Source: Calcarisporiella thermophila CBS 279.70 (lineage: Eukaryota; Fungi; Calcarisporiellomycota). Taken from it: DNA of 64,000 nt. The notes beneath the pieces were generated by a model. That model had not been told where the DNA came from. It did not search any database and worked only from the letters and a program-made list of their open reading frames with translations. The translations under genes were made by a program, and so were the position numbers. This document shows positions 53,574-64,000 of the stretch, piece after piece. The stretch lies in contig NW_027192192.1 in the NCBI RefSeq assembly GCF_041956535.1, positions 809,796 to 873,795 of the forward strand, written 5' to 3'. The number at the start of each line of letters is the position of its first letter. Positions within the stretch are counted from its first letter, which is position 1.

Positions 53574-54879
53574 TTATTGTTGTTCAAACTTTTGGATATC
53601 GTCCACCTTATACACCCCTCGGTATGCGTCATTCACAGCTGCTTCCACGGCCATCTGCGCCACCGTTTCAACCCGCAAGGGTGGGGTGTTGGCAGCCGTA
53701 CAGAGCCATTCGGGCACCATAGCACCAAGGGGTTGAGGAGGTTTACCGATTCGATTTAATGCTATAAGCGCGGCAACCAGGGGCATAGTAACTGGGCGAG
53801 AGTCAGGAGAGTACATCATTCCTAAAGCAAACAACTGGTAAGGTCTCCTGGAAATTTGGCGGGTTCGACCGAGCTTGTCTATTTTTATTACCTGGTCGAA
53901 GAATGACAGGCCGAATCGATGAGGACATGGAAAGGAGAGCTTGTTCTGCCTCGCGTTTGGTGGATATGTAACGTGGGTTTATAAAAGGCATAGTCGAGGC
54001 TGAAAGATATACGAACGCGCGTGTTCCACCTAGGCTTGCAGCCTCTTTGGCTACGGTAATGGCTAGAGGCATGGCAGGGAGGGTGAGATCCGGCCTCAGT
54101 TGAAAGTAAAGGTTAAGTGCCCACCTGAATCTCTGTTCATGGTCTCATACGTATAATCATGTGCTTTTGCCTGGTATTTGCCTCCTTGTTCGGCGCTTCT
54201 ATGTTGCTCATGGTTAACCTCATTACTTGCGCTTGCTTTTTCTACGGTCCTTCGCTTTTTCATTGGGTTTGCACTTGCACCACCATCAAATAGGCTCCTT
54301 ACTCCCTCTGCTAACTCCTCCATGTTGGTGCTCCTCACGATCCCCTTATAGTCGGCCTCCAATAGGATGCCAACGGTATGAACAATGCCTGAGCATTCTT
54401 GAAGGAAGCTGCGATAGGATGGTGGGTCGAGAGCATCGGCCTTTTCCCATTGGACCTTGAAAAGAAAAGAAAGGAAGGAAAAAAAAAAAGATGAGTAAAG
54501 TCCACATGTGTAAATTCTTAAACGTATTAAAACCTTTTCGGCCCACATTGGACGAGAGTTACGTCGATGTATGGAAGGTTCCCCGCTTCGACTATTTTTC
54601 CCATTGAATAGTATAATTAGCTTTATTGATACTGATGTTTTTTTTCAGTTAAATTACGAACCTTAAACTAATGACATCTAATCCTCTCAGAGCAGCAACT
54701 CTGCACACTTCGTAACCTTAACAATTGTATTAATTAATTTATTTTCCGTGTAAAAGGGAAGATGAGAAATTAGTACCAACAAACCCAGATCCGCCCACAA
54801 CCAAGAGCTTTTTTGCGTTAGCTGTGGAGGAAGAGGAGGCAAACCGGACCGAGAGATTGCGAGCAATTAGAGAATGCAT
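53574..54879 (-). CDS. Mitochondrial NAD(P)-binding atypical SDR, Coq11-like
   Basis: Presequence-like N-terminus; LLVVGGSGFVG, VHTVGIL, TYETMNRDS, FVYLSA, PRYISTKREAE, ILRPGMMYS. Confidence 0.85.
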
Positions 54880-55231
54880 TATTGGTGTATACTAAGATTC
54901 GATCTGGTGTGGATTTTAACATAACGAGTTACTTTCGGGGGTTTGAAAGAATTTGATATGGCGCAGCCTTTGCCACCATCGAATGCAAAAATCAAAGTTT
55001 ATCATGGAGAAAATAACTAGGAGGGTTCGAATACTGGCGAAATCTAAATTGGTGCAAGGACTTTGCTTCTTAAGTTGTTCTCCAGTATTTACCATTCCGA
55101 TTTCGGCTGCAGACATGAATATATACATATGGATAAAATATGTAGCAGCTGCATAAAGTCCAAGAGTTGGATCCACACTGCGTGCAGCCTCTCAATAGTT
55201 ACCCCTTTCAATATAATCGAGAGGGGAAAAT

Positions 55232-55309
55232 TAGTTTCTCTGAACTGACCACTTTCCCCTTATCCCCAAGGGAATAGAGGAGAAAGTGGTCAGTTCAGAA
55301 GAGAAACTA
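55232..55309. repeat. Long inverted repeat (hairpin)
   Basis: TCTGAACTGACCACTTTC pairs with GAAAGTGGTCAGTTCAGA (18 bp perfect). Extends outward (TAGTTTCTC/GAGAAACTA) and partly inward. Confidence 0.85.
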
Positions 55310-56152
55310 GGCCTATAAGCTTCGGTCAAAGTAGATCGAGATATACAATCCTCGAGAATCCTTTCGAATTCTTTGGCGCCCACTTAGTTCAAAGATAACC
55401 CAAGGTCTCGAAAATCTATTTGTACAATAAAGAACTGCGCCCTTCTGCTACTTTGCCTTATCCAGTAATTGCAGCGAAGAACTTATCAATAGACAAAGCA
55501 AGATTTTAGAACAGACACGCACTCCCAGGAGATTATGATGGAGAGGGGATATGGGCACTTGTGTTAGCTAGGCCTCGTACCTTCGTTTGTAAAACTACAG
55601 GTGAAGATTATCCAAAGTTTCAGGCTTCGAGTAGAGTGGTAACACGGTAATACAGAAAAGGATTCAGGGTTTTTGACAGAAATCGGGGGGAGCCTGGATG
55701 AATTTCTCTAAATTGCAGCGCCAGGCCTCTCCTAGCCAATTTCTTCCAAATTGGCAGCCAAACAAATACAGTCTCTCGAATGGCCGGAGCTGAAAAAACA
55801 AATGAAAATGGAAAAGCATGGATCTGCGACAGAAATATCCATCGTCGAAGTATCACGAAAGAAGTATTTATCAAATTAATAACTTGAAGAGGGATTTTTT
55901 TGGCCGCCCTTATATCCTCTCTGTTTCTCTTCTCGTCCCTGTGCATTTGAGGGAGCTATCTGTCATTCCTTTTATTCCGTTCTTTAGGGCTTTATAACTG
56001 ACGGTTCATACCTGATATATTCCCGCCCTTGTCTATTCCCACTATCCTTTTCCTCTTTCGCCTTTTCCCCCTCTTTTGTTTCTCTATAAAACAAACAAAA
56101 GAGCCAAGGGATCTATAGAGCGGCGATATTTCCCCCCTCTTCCCTCCAAAGT

Positions 56153-57142
56153 ATGCTCGTTGTGCCTGTTTTACAGGTTGCTCTTCAAGGAGCGACAATA
56201 GCTCTCGGCGTCAACGCAATTATCTATGTTATTAAGCAACTGCGTACGAGCACTACACCGAATGTTATCAATGTCCTCAAGCTAGCCCTTGCACTATCGT
56301 TAACCCTCAAAGTCACTGGTTTTGTAACCTTTTCTATGCCACTTGGAGAGGCATGCTATGCTGTTGCAAAAGCGGCAGACCTGCTCTACCATATATCCAT
56401 GGTGGCAGCAAATCTGGTGATGCTATCACGAGCAACCACCGTGTTAGGATATACATGGATTGCAGTGTGGATGGAATGGATTTTCACAGTATTGAGGGTC
56501 GCTTTTGGGTAAGTACTGGCCTTTTTATGGCCCCCGCTCTTTCGCAACCGTCTCTAACGATTGGATTCGATATACTGGAACCATAGACTCTGGGATGTCG
56601 GCGCAACCTATGCCTCACCTATTCAGTCGCCCAATCCACATCTGAACAACTCTTGCATGTATAACGAGGATTTTATCGCAGGTCTTGCCTACGTCTGTCT
56701 CGACACCCTCGTCGATCTCTACGTCACCTCCTCTATCACCATCCGCCTTCTCCAACACCGGTCACAACTCCGTCGAGTCGGGGTCAGTGCTAACGTCTCA
56801 CTGTATACCGCCATTGTCAGCTCGAATCTTCTACGCACTTCCCTTCTCCTTGCCACCAACTTCATTTCACTTTTCGTGATTGTCCTCCCCGCAGCCATGC
56901 CCGCATCTATGGTACTGATCTGGTCATTTGCAAATATTGCTTATTTGCTATGCGTGACCTACGACTCCGACATGATTCGGTGGCTGCAACAAATGAACGT
57001 CGAGGCTCGGGGCGGCGATATCCAAACGCCCCTGAGCGATTTCTCCCTAGGCTCTTCGGGACGGATCAGTATTAGGTCCGGAAACTCGGGCTCGCCACTC
57101 ACGCAGCACGCGGCAAAGCCTGGCGTTTTGCTCCCATTATAA
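56153..57142 (+). CDS. Multi-pass (about 7 TM) membrane protein, GPCR-like (1 intron)
   Basis: Series of hydrophobic helices with Cys in predicted extracellular positions and a Ser/Gly-rich tail. Confidence 0.65.
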
Positions 57143-57874
57143 ACTCATTTTCAACACGCACATAACAAAACTTCACCCCCATCTCATCCTCTCCTCCTTC
57201 TCAATTAATATTGCACAGCGATCATTTGCATACTTTTTGTGTTATTAGGGATTATTGTCTTATAGCATTCGTTCCTCATGTGTACCGTAGCTGTATTTTC
57301 TTTGTTGCTTCATTCTTCATTTCGTGTAGCTTTCCTTAGTGTTTTCAGCCTTGGATAAACTGTCTATATTTCCCTCGAGAACTCGAGTAATCTTTTTCAC
57401 ATACATTTGTCCTGTTATATATTAAAATATATATTTTACATATTTATTATTGCTGAGAGTCGACCTTAAAATCAGAGTTGAGATATGGGAGTTTCCGTGC
57501 TTGATCAGGCATACCGCATTTAGATTTTATAGAATCAGCGCTTCTTTACTCTCTTCAACAGTATTCATATTGCCTTAAATATAATATCAAGAATATACAT
57601 TCTCGAAACCATTTTTACGCCTCTCTGCCTTACATCCCTTTCTCTTCTTCATTACAAATTATATACTAAGTTTTACACTTTGTATTCTAATTATAATTCG
57701 CTTTTATATTCACACCAAAAATTCGTTGCGTCTGGAGATCAATCTTCCAGTCATAGTTCAAGTAGATGTGGAATAAGTACAATTTAGCGGGAATATATAT
57801 AGAAAAACAACATATCTGTCGAAATGCAAATGCAGATATTGTTTAAAATACTAGCTATTGCCGACTCAATAAAG

Positions 57875-59648
57875 TCATGTCTGTGGGAATCCCGTTTCTC
57901 CAACCACTAGCTCTTTCTCGCTCTTTCTCGGCTCATTCTGCAGCTTCTGAACATTCCTCTTCCGCTGTAACTTTCTACACCATGCAGCACCACCGAGCAT
58001 AAAGAACATTTCAAACAATATGATACCCACATGTCCATAAAACCATACTGCCCTCCATGCGATAATTGATTCTCGCAGTCCTAGCAAGAAAAATGGTGCC
58101 GTGTAGTAATTGATTGACATCACAGCCGCAAATCGGCCCATCGTGTCGTAGATAAACTTCGATCGGGTAGGCTGTCCATCCGGTTTCAGGAACAATGGCC
58201 GAAAATTGCGACGCATTTTTCGGGCCAAAACCTGAGCGAAAGCTCCAGATACAAAAGTGAGATAGTATCCAATATGGAACCCATGCCACATCGCAGATAC
58301 AAAGAAGGTCAAGGCCGTGGGTAACAGTCCTGGAGTTGAGCCTTGGGAAGCAACTCGCAGATAAACGTAGTTCTTGAGCCATTTATTTGTTCGCATATTC
58401 CAAGCTTCTATAAGGATTTTGAGGTTGGGCGCTGTTTCGTATACAATTGGATTAACGTTGGAAACACGATCCCTATAAATCAAGAATTATAAGGCCAGTT
58501 CCAAGGAAATGAACTACTCAAAAGTAAAATTACCAGGTGGGGTTGCCGTTCTTATCATAGCCGTTAAATCCAAGTCCCGCGATGATACATGCTCCTTCCG
58601 CCATCAGCCAAACTGTATAATATTTGGCTCGATTGGTGAAGATAACTCCTTGCAAATAAAATATCCTATTACAATAAATATTTGCCAATAAGTATTTTGA
58701 AGACATTCCGAAGTCTTATCTAGTAGCACCGTTTCCATAGTGGCAATTGCATAAACTCCTTTGCAATCATATACTCCGTAGGAAATTGTGGTCCTAGAAC
58801 CAACAGAAGCATTACAAAGACCAAACTCTTTCCAAGTGAAAACAAGCCCGGCAAAATGGCACTTGGTCGTTCCAAAATTTTTTGACCAGTTTTTTCGTCA
58901 CGTTTCTCGAAAATAGTGAGCGTAGTAAGTGCACGGTAGTCTGCAAACTCACAAGCAGGGCCGACGAGATAGCCGCCGAAAAAGAAGGACCAGCCCAAAA
59001 ATTCCAGAAGAGTAGGATATTGGGTTATGCGCATGGCACGTTGATACTCATTCAACTCCTTTATAAGTAATCAAATAATGTGACACATCTGATGCTTGAA
59101 TGTAATTATCTAATTGAAACCTACTTTTTCAGGTCTGGTGCCGTCATATACACTAAACGCAAAGGATGTAAGCTTGATGGTTAGAATCATCATTAAGCTC
59201 GAATGTTCGAACTCGGTATCGCCCAACTGGCCTTTCAAATGCCGTAGCATATGACTAGAACAAAAAAAAGCACAATGTTAATAAGTATTGATGGATAACA
59301 GCATATAAAGCCTTATTATGTGATGCATTCATACGCAAGAGATAAATGTCCCATTATTAAAACGAATATAATAATGGGTGCTACCGAATCTCGTCTCCAT
59401 CGCATGATGAAATATGTGAATAAAACCGATGTCAAAAGATACAACAATCCCAAGATCTGTCCATGAAAAAACACATAATCAATAAGAACAAAAAAGAGAG
59501 AAAAGGCATGCTTGAGAGTAGGATTATCGGGCAAACGGCTGTAGATGAAGGCGGTAGGATAGGTAGAGAGAATGGAAAAAATTATTTTCAAATGATCGGG
59601 CGGCACATCCACTACAGCGCCCAAATTACTGAAAGTATTGTCAAACAT
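57875..59648 (-). CDS. ALE1: MBOAT lysophospholipid acyltransferase Ale1
   Basis: MILTIKLTSFA, FFGGYLVGP, WNMRTNKWLKNYVYLRV, TFFVSAMWHGFHIGYYLTF. Confidence 0.93.
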
Positions 59649-61920
59649 GCTAGGAACATGAAAAAAACAAGGATGAATGCTAAATTAAACGAAAATAGAG
59701 CTTTTAATATCAGACTCAATATTTCAAAAACGAGGGGAATCATTTTCAGGTTTAAGAAGTGTGGGGGTGCATCATATGAATTTAGCACACCCAACCACTG
59801 CAAGACTACGATTACCTATTTTGGTGGAATTCCATACTATCACTGTTTTTAGCATTGGACCCTAATATCCATATCCGAGCGATTAGAATAAAATATTACA
59901 AGCTTAGACTTGCACAAGAGTGTGTCCTAGGTTCAGGACAAGCAATTAAGTCAAAAAAAAAAGCCCTCCGTTGCTAAGAGAACCGACCTCCGTTGAGGAG
60001 GGGGATAGATTTAATCGAGAGGATAGCATTGGGTGAACATTGGTAATGATCAGGGAGCATGTGTTAAGTTTTTAATATTGATGTACAATAGTAACTGATT
60101 GCAGATAGGTTTCAATGGATAATCGTACGCGTTGAAAATTCTATTAACCCTATTGTATCAAGTCTCAATTCAAGAGTGAAATCTGATTCAAAAAATGACA
60201 GCACTTTGTAATCTCTAACGCTTTCAAGCAATTCAAAAGTGAGGATCCCATTAAGAAATGAATGATAGATCCAGAGCAAAAAATAAGTACACATTATTAT
60301 AGATAACACTAGAAAAATAGGAAAGAAAATAACAGATTCCATAAATACGGTAAAGACCTCTGTCATTGGAAACTTGAACAACTGTCGGAGATCAAATTGA
60401 AATAAAGGAACACATGTGTATTTGTTGGAATTTTAATCAGATTATATTAATCACTAGTTCAAAAAGAAATACAAATAGCTAAACTATTTAAGAATAACAA
60501 GAAATCGTAAACAGGTAATATGGTTTATACACAAACAAGTAAAAATCAAGTTTAATTAAAATACCGACAATTTCAGATTATCAGTCACGCCTGGTCGTAT
60601 TCCAACAGTATTCTATCTTCTCCATCCCTAGGAATCCAGGTTACCAGGGGCTTCTTTAGAATAAAGACTCGAAAACCGATCTACTGCAGCCTTTCCATTT
60701 CATTTCGAATAAAAGTTCCATATATACCACAAAGTCAGTAGAGCCACAGAGCATTCTTTGATTCCCAATTGAAGATGAGTTCTATTTAGTAGAACTTACG
60801 ATACACGCCAGGTATAGTATTTAATTTGTACCAAATTACATAAAGCTCTGAAAGCCATCTTTTCAGTGGGTTAATCAAATTTTGAAACAACAATCACCAA
60901 GTTCAATCACTACTGAAAAAAAAAGAGGATTGGTTAACAGCGTCCATCCAAGTGGATGGCCTACTTTTATTTTGTTTATCACCCCTCGTATCTATAGACT
61001 GATGATAACTTTTTAGAAAGCTAGGTATAATTGCTCCAACCGTTCTTTGTATGGGTCCTTTGCTTTCACAAAAGTGCTCCATTTCATCCTGCAAAAATTA
61101 CGCAAACTGCAATTGTGTAGCAACCTCTCCAGGCAGCATCTTGAAAACAATGCCATCTTTGATAGGGAACTCTCCAAACTTGTAGGCTAAGGATTTCCAA
61201 TCAGATTCGGACAGTCCCTCCAACTCTCACACAAATGTTATTGGGCTAACGAATCAAGGGATTGCGATCGTTTGTAAGGCTATACGAAGCTAACAAAAAT
61301 GCCAACCCAACTGAGATGCTGTGCGTAATCACACTTTAACAAGTATTGGAGAGCCCAGTTAGGGGCACAGGGACATCTATGCTTTCGACCCTGCGCTCCT
61401 TAAGGATGCGTTACGAATGAGAAATGGTTTCGCGGAACCCTAAGAATATCTTTATCGCGAAATTGCAATTTCAATAAAAAATATGACCAGTAAGTTGGTC
61501 ACTAAACCAAGCCAAGAGATTATATTTATATTTAGGCTGATTAACTCCACATCATTGGAATCCCTCAAACTTCGAATTTTCAAAAGTGACACAAACTTTC
61601 TGTATTTATTCATTAAAAGAGGTCGATATTTCGCAGAGCAGATGTGATCGGACAGGGCTTGGACACAAAAGCTCAAAGAGAAGTTAGGTTCTAATTTGTG
61701 TGACTAGTAAAGACCAATATTCTACGGTTCAAATCTAATAGAATACCCTCAACTCTCTTCCAAATAAACCATTCATTATATCCGTGTATAGAATGTAAAT
61801 TGCAAGAGGGTCACAGTGTTCACCATTCACCAACTAAGAGCAGATTTCATATAAATACGGGACCATGAAGCTTGACGGAACTTCATCAACCTACTCCAAT
61901 TCTTTAGAAGTCTCTCAAAC

Positions 61921-63330
61921 ATGCGTTTCCTCATCCCAATCCTTTCACTTTTAGTCTTGGTTCATGGCCAGAACACCCTTTCTGAGACTTTACATAGCAT
62001 TCCTACCAACAAGAATAGCTACTTGAGCCAGCAGCAGGTCGATGCAGTCAAGTCCTATGTTAGATTGGCGTCCATTGCTGGGTGTAGTCGGATGCGAACT
62101 GGCCAGCTGTTTAAAGAGACACGAGAATGTTCATTAACGAAACTCTGCACCAATTTTGAACATGTTAAGTTGGTGGATAAGTAAGTGCATTTCTGCTCTT
62201 AGTGCGCACTCCCCATCAGTTCAAATCTAACTTATGTTACAATAGGTTTGATCGTTCTCAAACGGGCGATATCGGAGGCTTTTTCGGGAGGGATGATAAG
62301 CGCAAGGCCTTGATCGTTTCTTTCCAGGGAACTTCTACGTGGAATAATGGGCTAACCGATGTGAAGTTCTTACAAGATGAGTACCCCAATGTGAAAGGGG
62401 CCTTTGTTCATACAGGTAAATCTTTGAAATAAAAAAGACATCATCAGAAAACTTTGAAAATATAATACATTTACTCCTTTATGCTTTTTTATAGGCTTTC
62501 TTCAGGCCGCCAACGCGGTTAAAGAGTATCTTTATCCAAAGATAAAAAATGAAACCCTGAAGCTGGGCGAGAACTTCAAAAATTATGAAGTTGAAGTGAT
62601 CGGTCACTCTCTTGGCGGAGCCATTGCAACTCTCTTCAGTAATGTATCTTCTCTCTATTCCAAACATTACTCTTTTCTAATTTTTCTAATTTTTCTGAAT
62701 TATTTTAGCTGCGGAATTAATGAATAGCGGCAAGCAAAACATTCCCAACTTTAACAAGGAGAAAGTAGTTCTCGTCACACTGGGGGAGCCGAGAGTGGGG
62801 AATGCAGAGTTCGTCCAATTCATGAACCAACAGCCTATCCTTCAAAAGCGGATTACGAATCGCAATGACTTTGTGCCTTTCATTCCATTTGAATGGTCCT
62901 TTTTCAGCTTTTTGCCCAACTATGCAAGTCGTAATTTCGTAATTCATGCTTTCGACAATGGAAAAGTAGTTCACTGTGTTAACGCTAATGACCAAGCTTG
63001 CGAGGACGACGAAGGATTTTTCAAAAATGCCGGACAAGATATGTTGGATATGGCATTGATGTCGGGTAGCTTTGATGTGAGTAGAGATGAAATTAGAAGA
63101 GAAACATTGAACAATTGACAAATTTCTTAATTTGTTAGCATTTTGAATTCAAAGATGTGATAACCGGATGCCCAACTGGCGGCAGCAGGACTCCGAAGGC
63201 AATTGGCGAGATAACTCTGGCAGATGCCTTCCTTGAACAATGGAAAGCTTCCAAAAAAAACAATAAGAATCCTGAATCCAATCCCCCTGAGAAAATCGGG
63301 CAAAAAGAGGAGTCGAAAAATACCGAATAG
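61921..63330 (+). CDS. Secreted class 3 lipase (5 exons)
   Basis: Signal peptide; IVSFQGT, VHTGF, GHSLGG, GEPRVGN, RITNRNDFVP. The catalytic His is restored (SFD|HF) by a final intron at ~63078-63139. Confidence 0.9.
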
Positions 63331-64000
63331 AAGATTCCCCACTCTGTATTTCATGGCTAGATAGAAAACATAGAAGTTTGTATACTAGATGCCGTGTTGA
63401 GGGGAAGTTTAGCACAATATGGATCGATGGCGCAGTATGGAGGGGAGGCTTAGATTTAGTGGCTTACTTAGATACTTCTTTAATATATTATTAGCTTAGA
63501 TACACATCTTTAGATAGTTTTAGTGGTATAGAGTGGTTTAGAGCCTTACAATTATATTTATCTCTAGATTATCTTATATTACTTGATTATTTCATTTATA
63601 TCTTCATGATAATCTTGTTTCTATTTATATCTGTGATACATTATCTTTAGTATAGAAAGGGTATATCTTTAGTTTACAATATATGAGTGCTGTTTAGTTA
63701 GGATAAATCTGATTACACTACCACCATCTTGTGTCGTTTACTAGTCTTCTGAAGTGTTTGGTAAGGAGCAATCGAGAGCTTAGGGATAGCTAAGGGATTG
63801 CTGGATAGAACCTTATTAGACCAATATTCGACTCAACAGCCGTACTATTATACTATATGTATTTTAATAGATATCAAATGATTTCCAATTATAACCAATC
63901 GCCTTCGTATTTTGATACTTTCTAGTGCTTAATTGACTACTTGATTTCAACCCGATGGGCTGATATCAATGAACAAATAATGGCATTATTATGGCCGCAG

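Noticed and set aside
54953-55248. Possible kinase relic (QGLCFL / HSDFG)
   Set aside because: The motifs are in different frames and no other kinase subdomains are present.
62720-63118. Lipase apparently lacking the catalytic His
   Set aside because: A final GT-AG intron restores the D-H motif and extends the gene to 63330.

Overview
Gene-dense eukaryotic DNA from an early-diverging fungus (inferred Mucoromycota/Zoopagomycota grade). The evidence is short introns with CTAAC-type branch points, Pil1, an AA11+CBM19 LPMO, a BTB-BACK-TLDc protein and a SAAL1 homologue. About 27 intron-containing or intronless protein genes can be reconstructed. They include PFD1, GID4, a PL14 lyase, Pil1/Lsp1, p24, a Rua1-like regulator, SAAL1, a Gin4/Hsl1-type kinase, a LAT permease, an AA11 LPMO, a REV1-like gene, a USP12/46-type DUB, MET6, REI1, an MFS transporter, a Pcl cyclin, a RhoGEF, a Cdc25 RasGEF, COQ11, a multi-pass GPCR-like protein, ALE1 and a class 3 lipase. 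There are three main observations. (1) The REV1 homologue has an intact reading frame but no Y-family polymerase catalytic core: BRCT runs straight into a degenerate little-finger/PAD domain, three UBMs, an AT-hook and the CTD, suggesting a scaffold-only Rev1. (2) The same gene has a U12-type AT-AC intron needed to complete its CTD, and the MFS gene has a second U12-like donor, which points to a minor spliceosome. (3) A GC-rich, hairpin-dense convergent intergenic region could encode an ncRNA. All gene models were built by eye; no searches were run.
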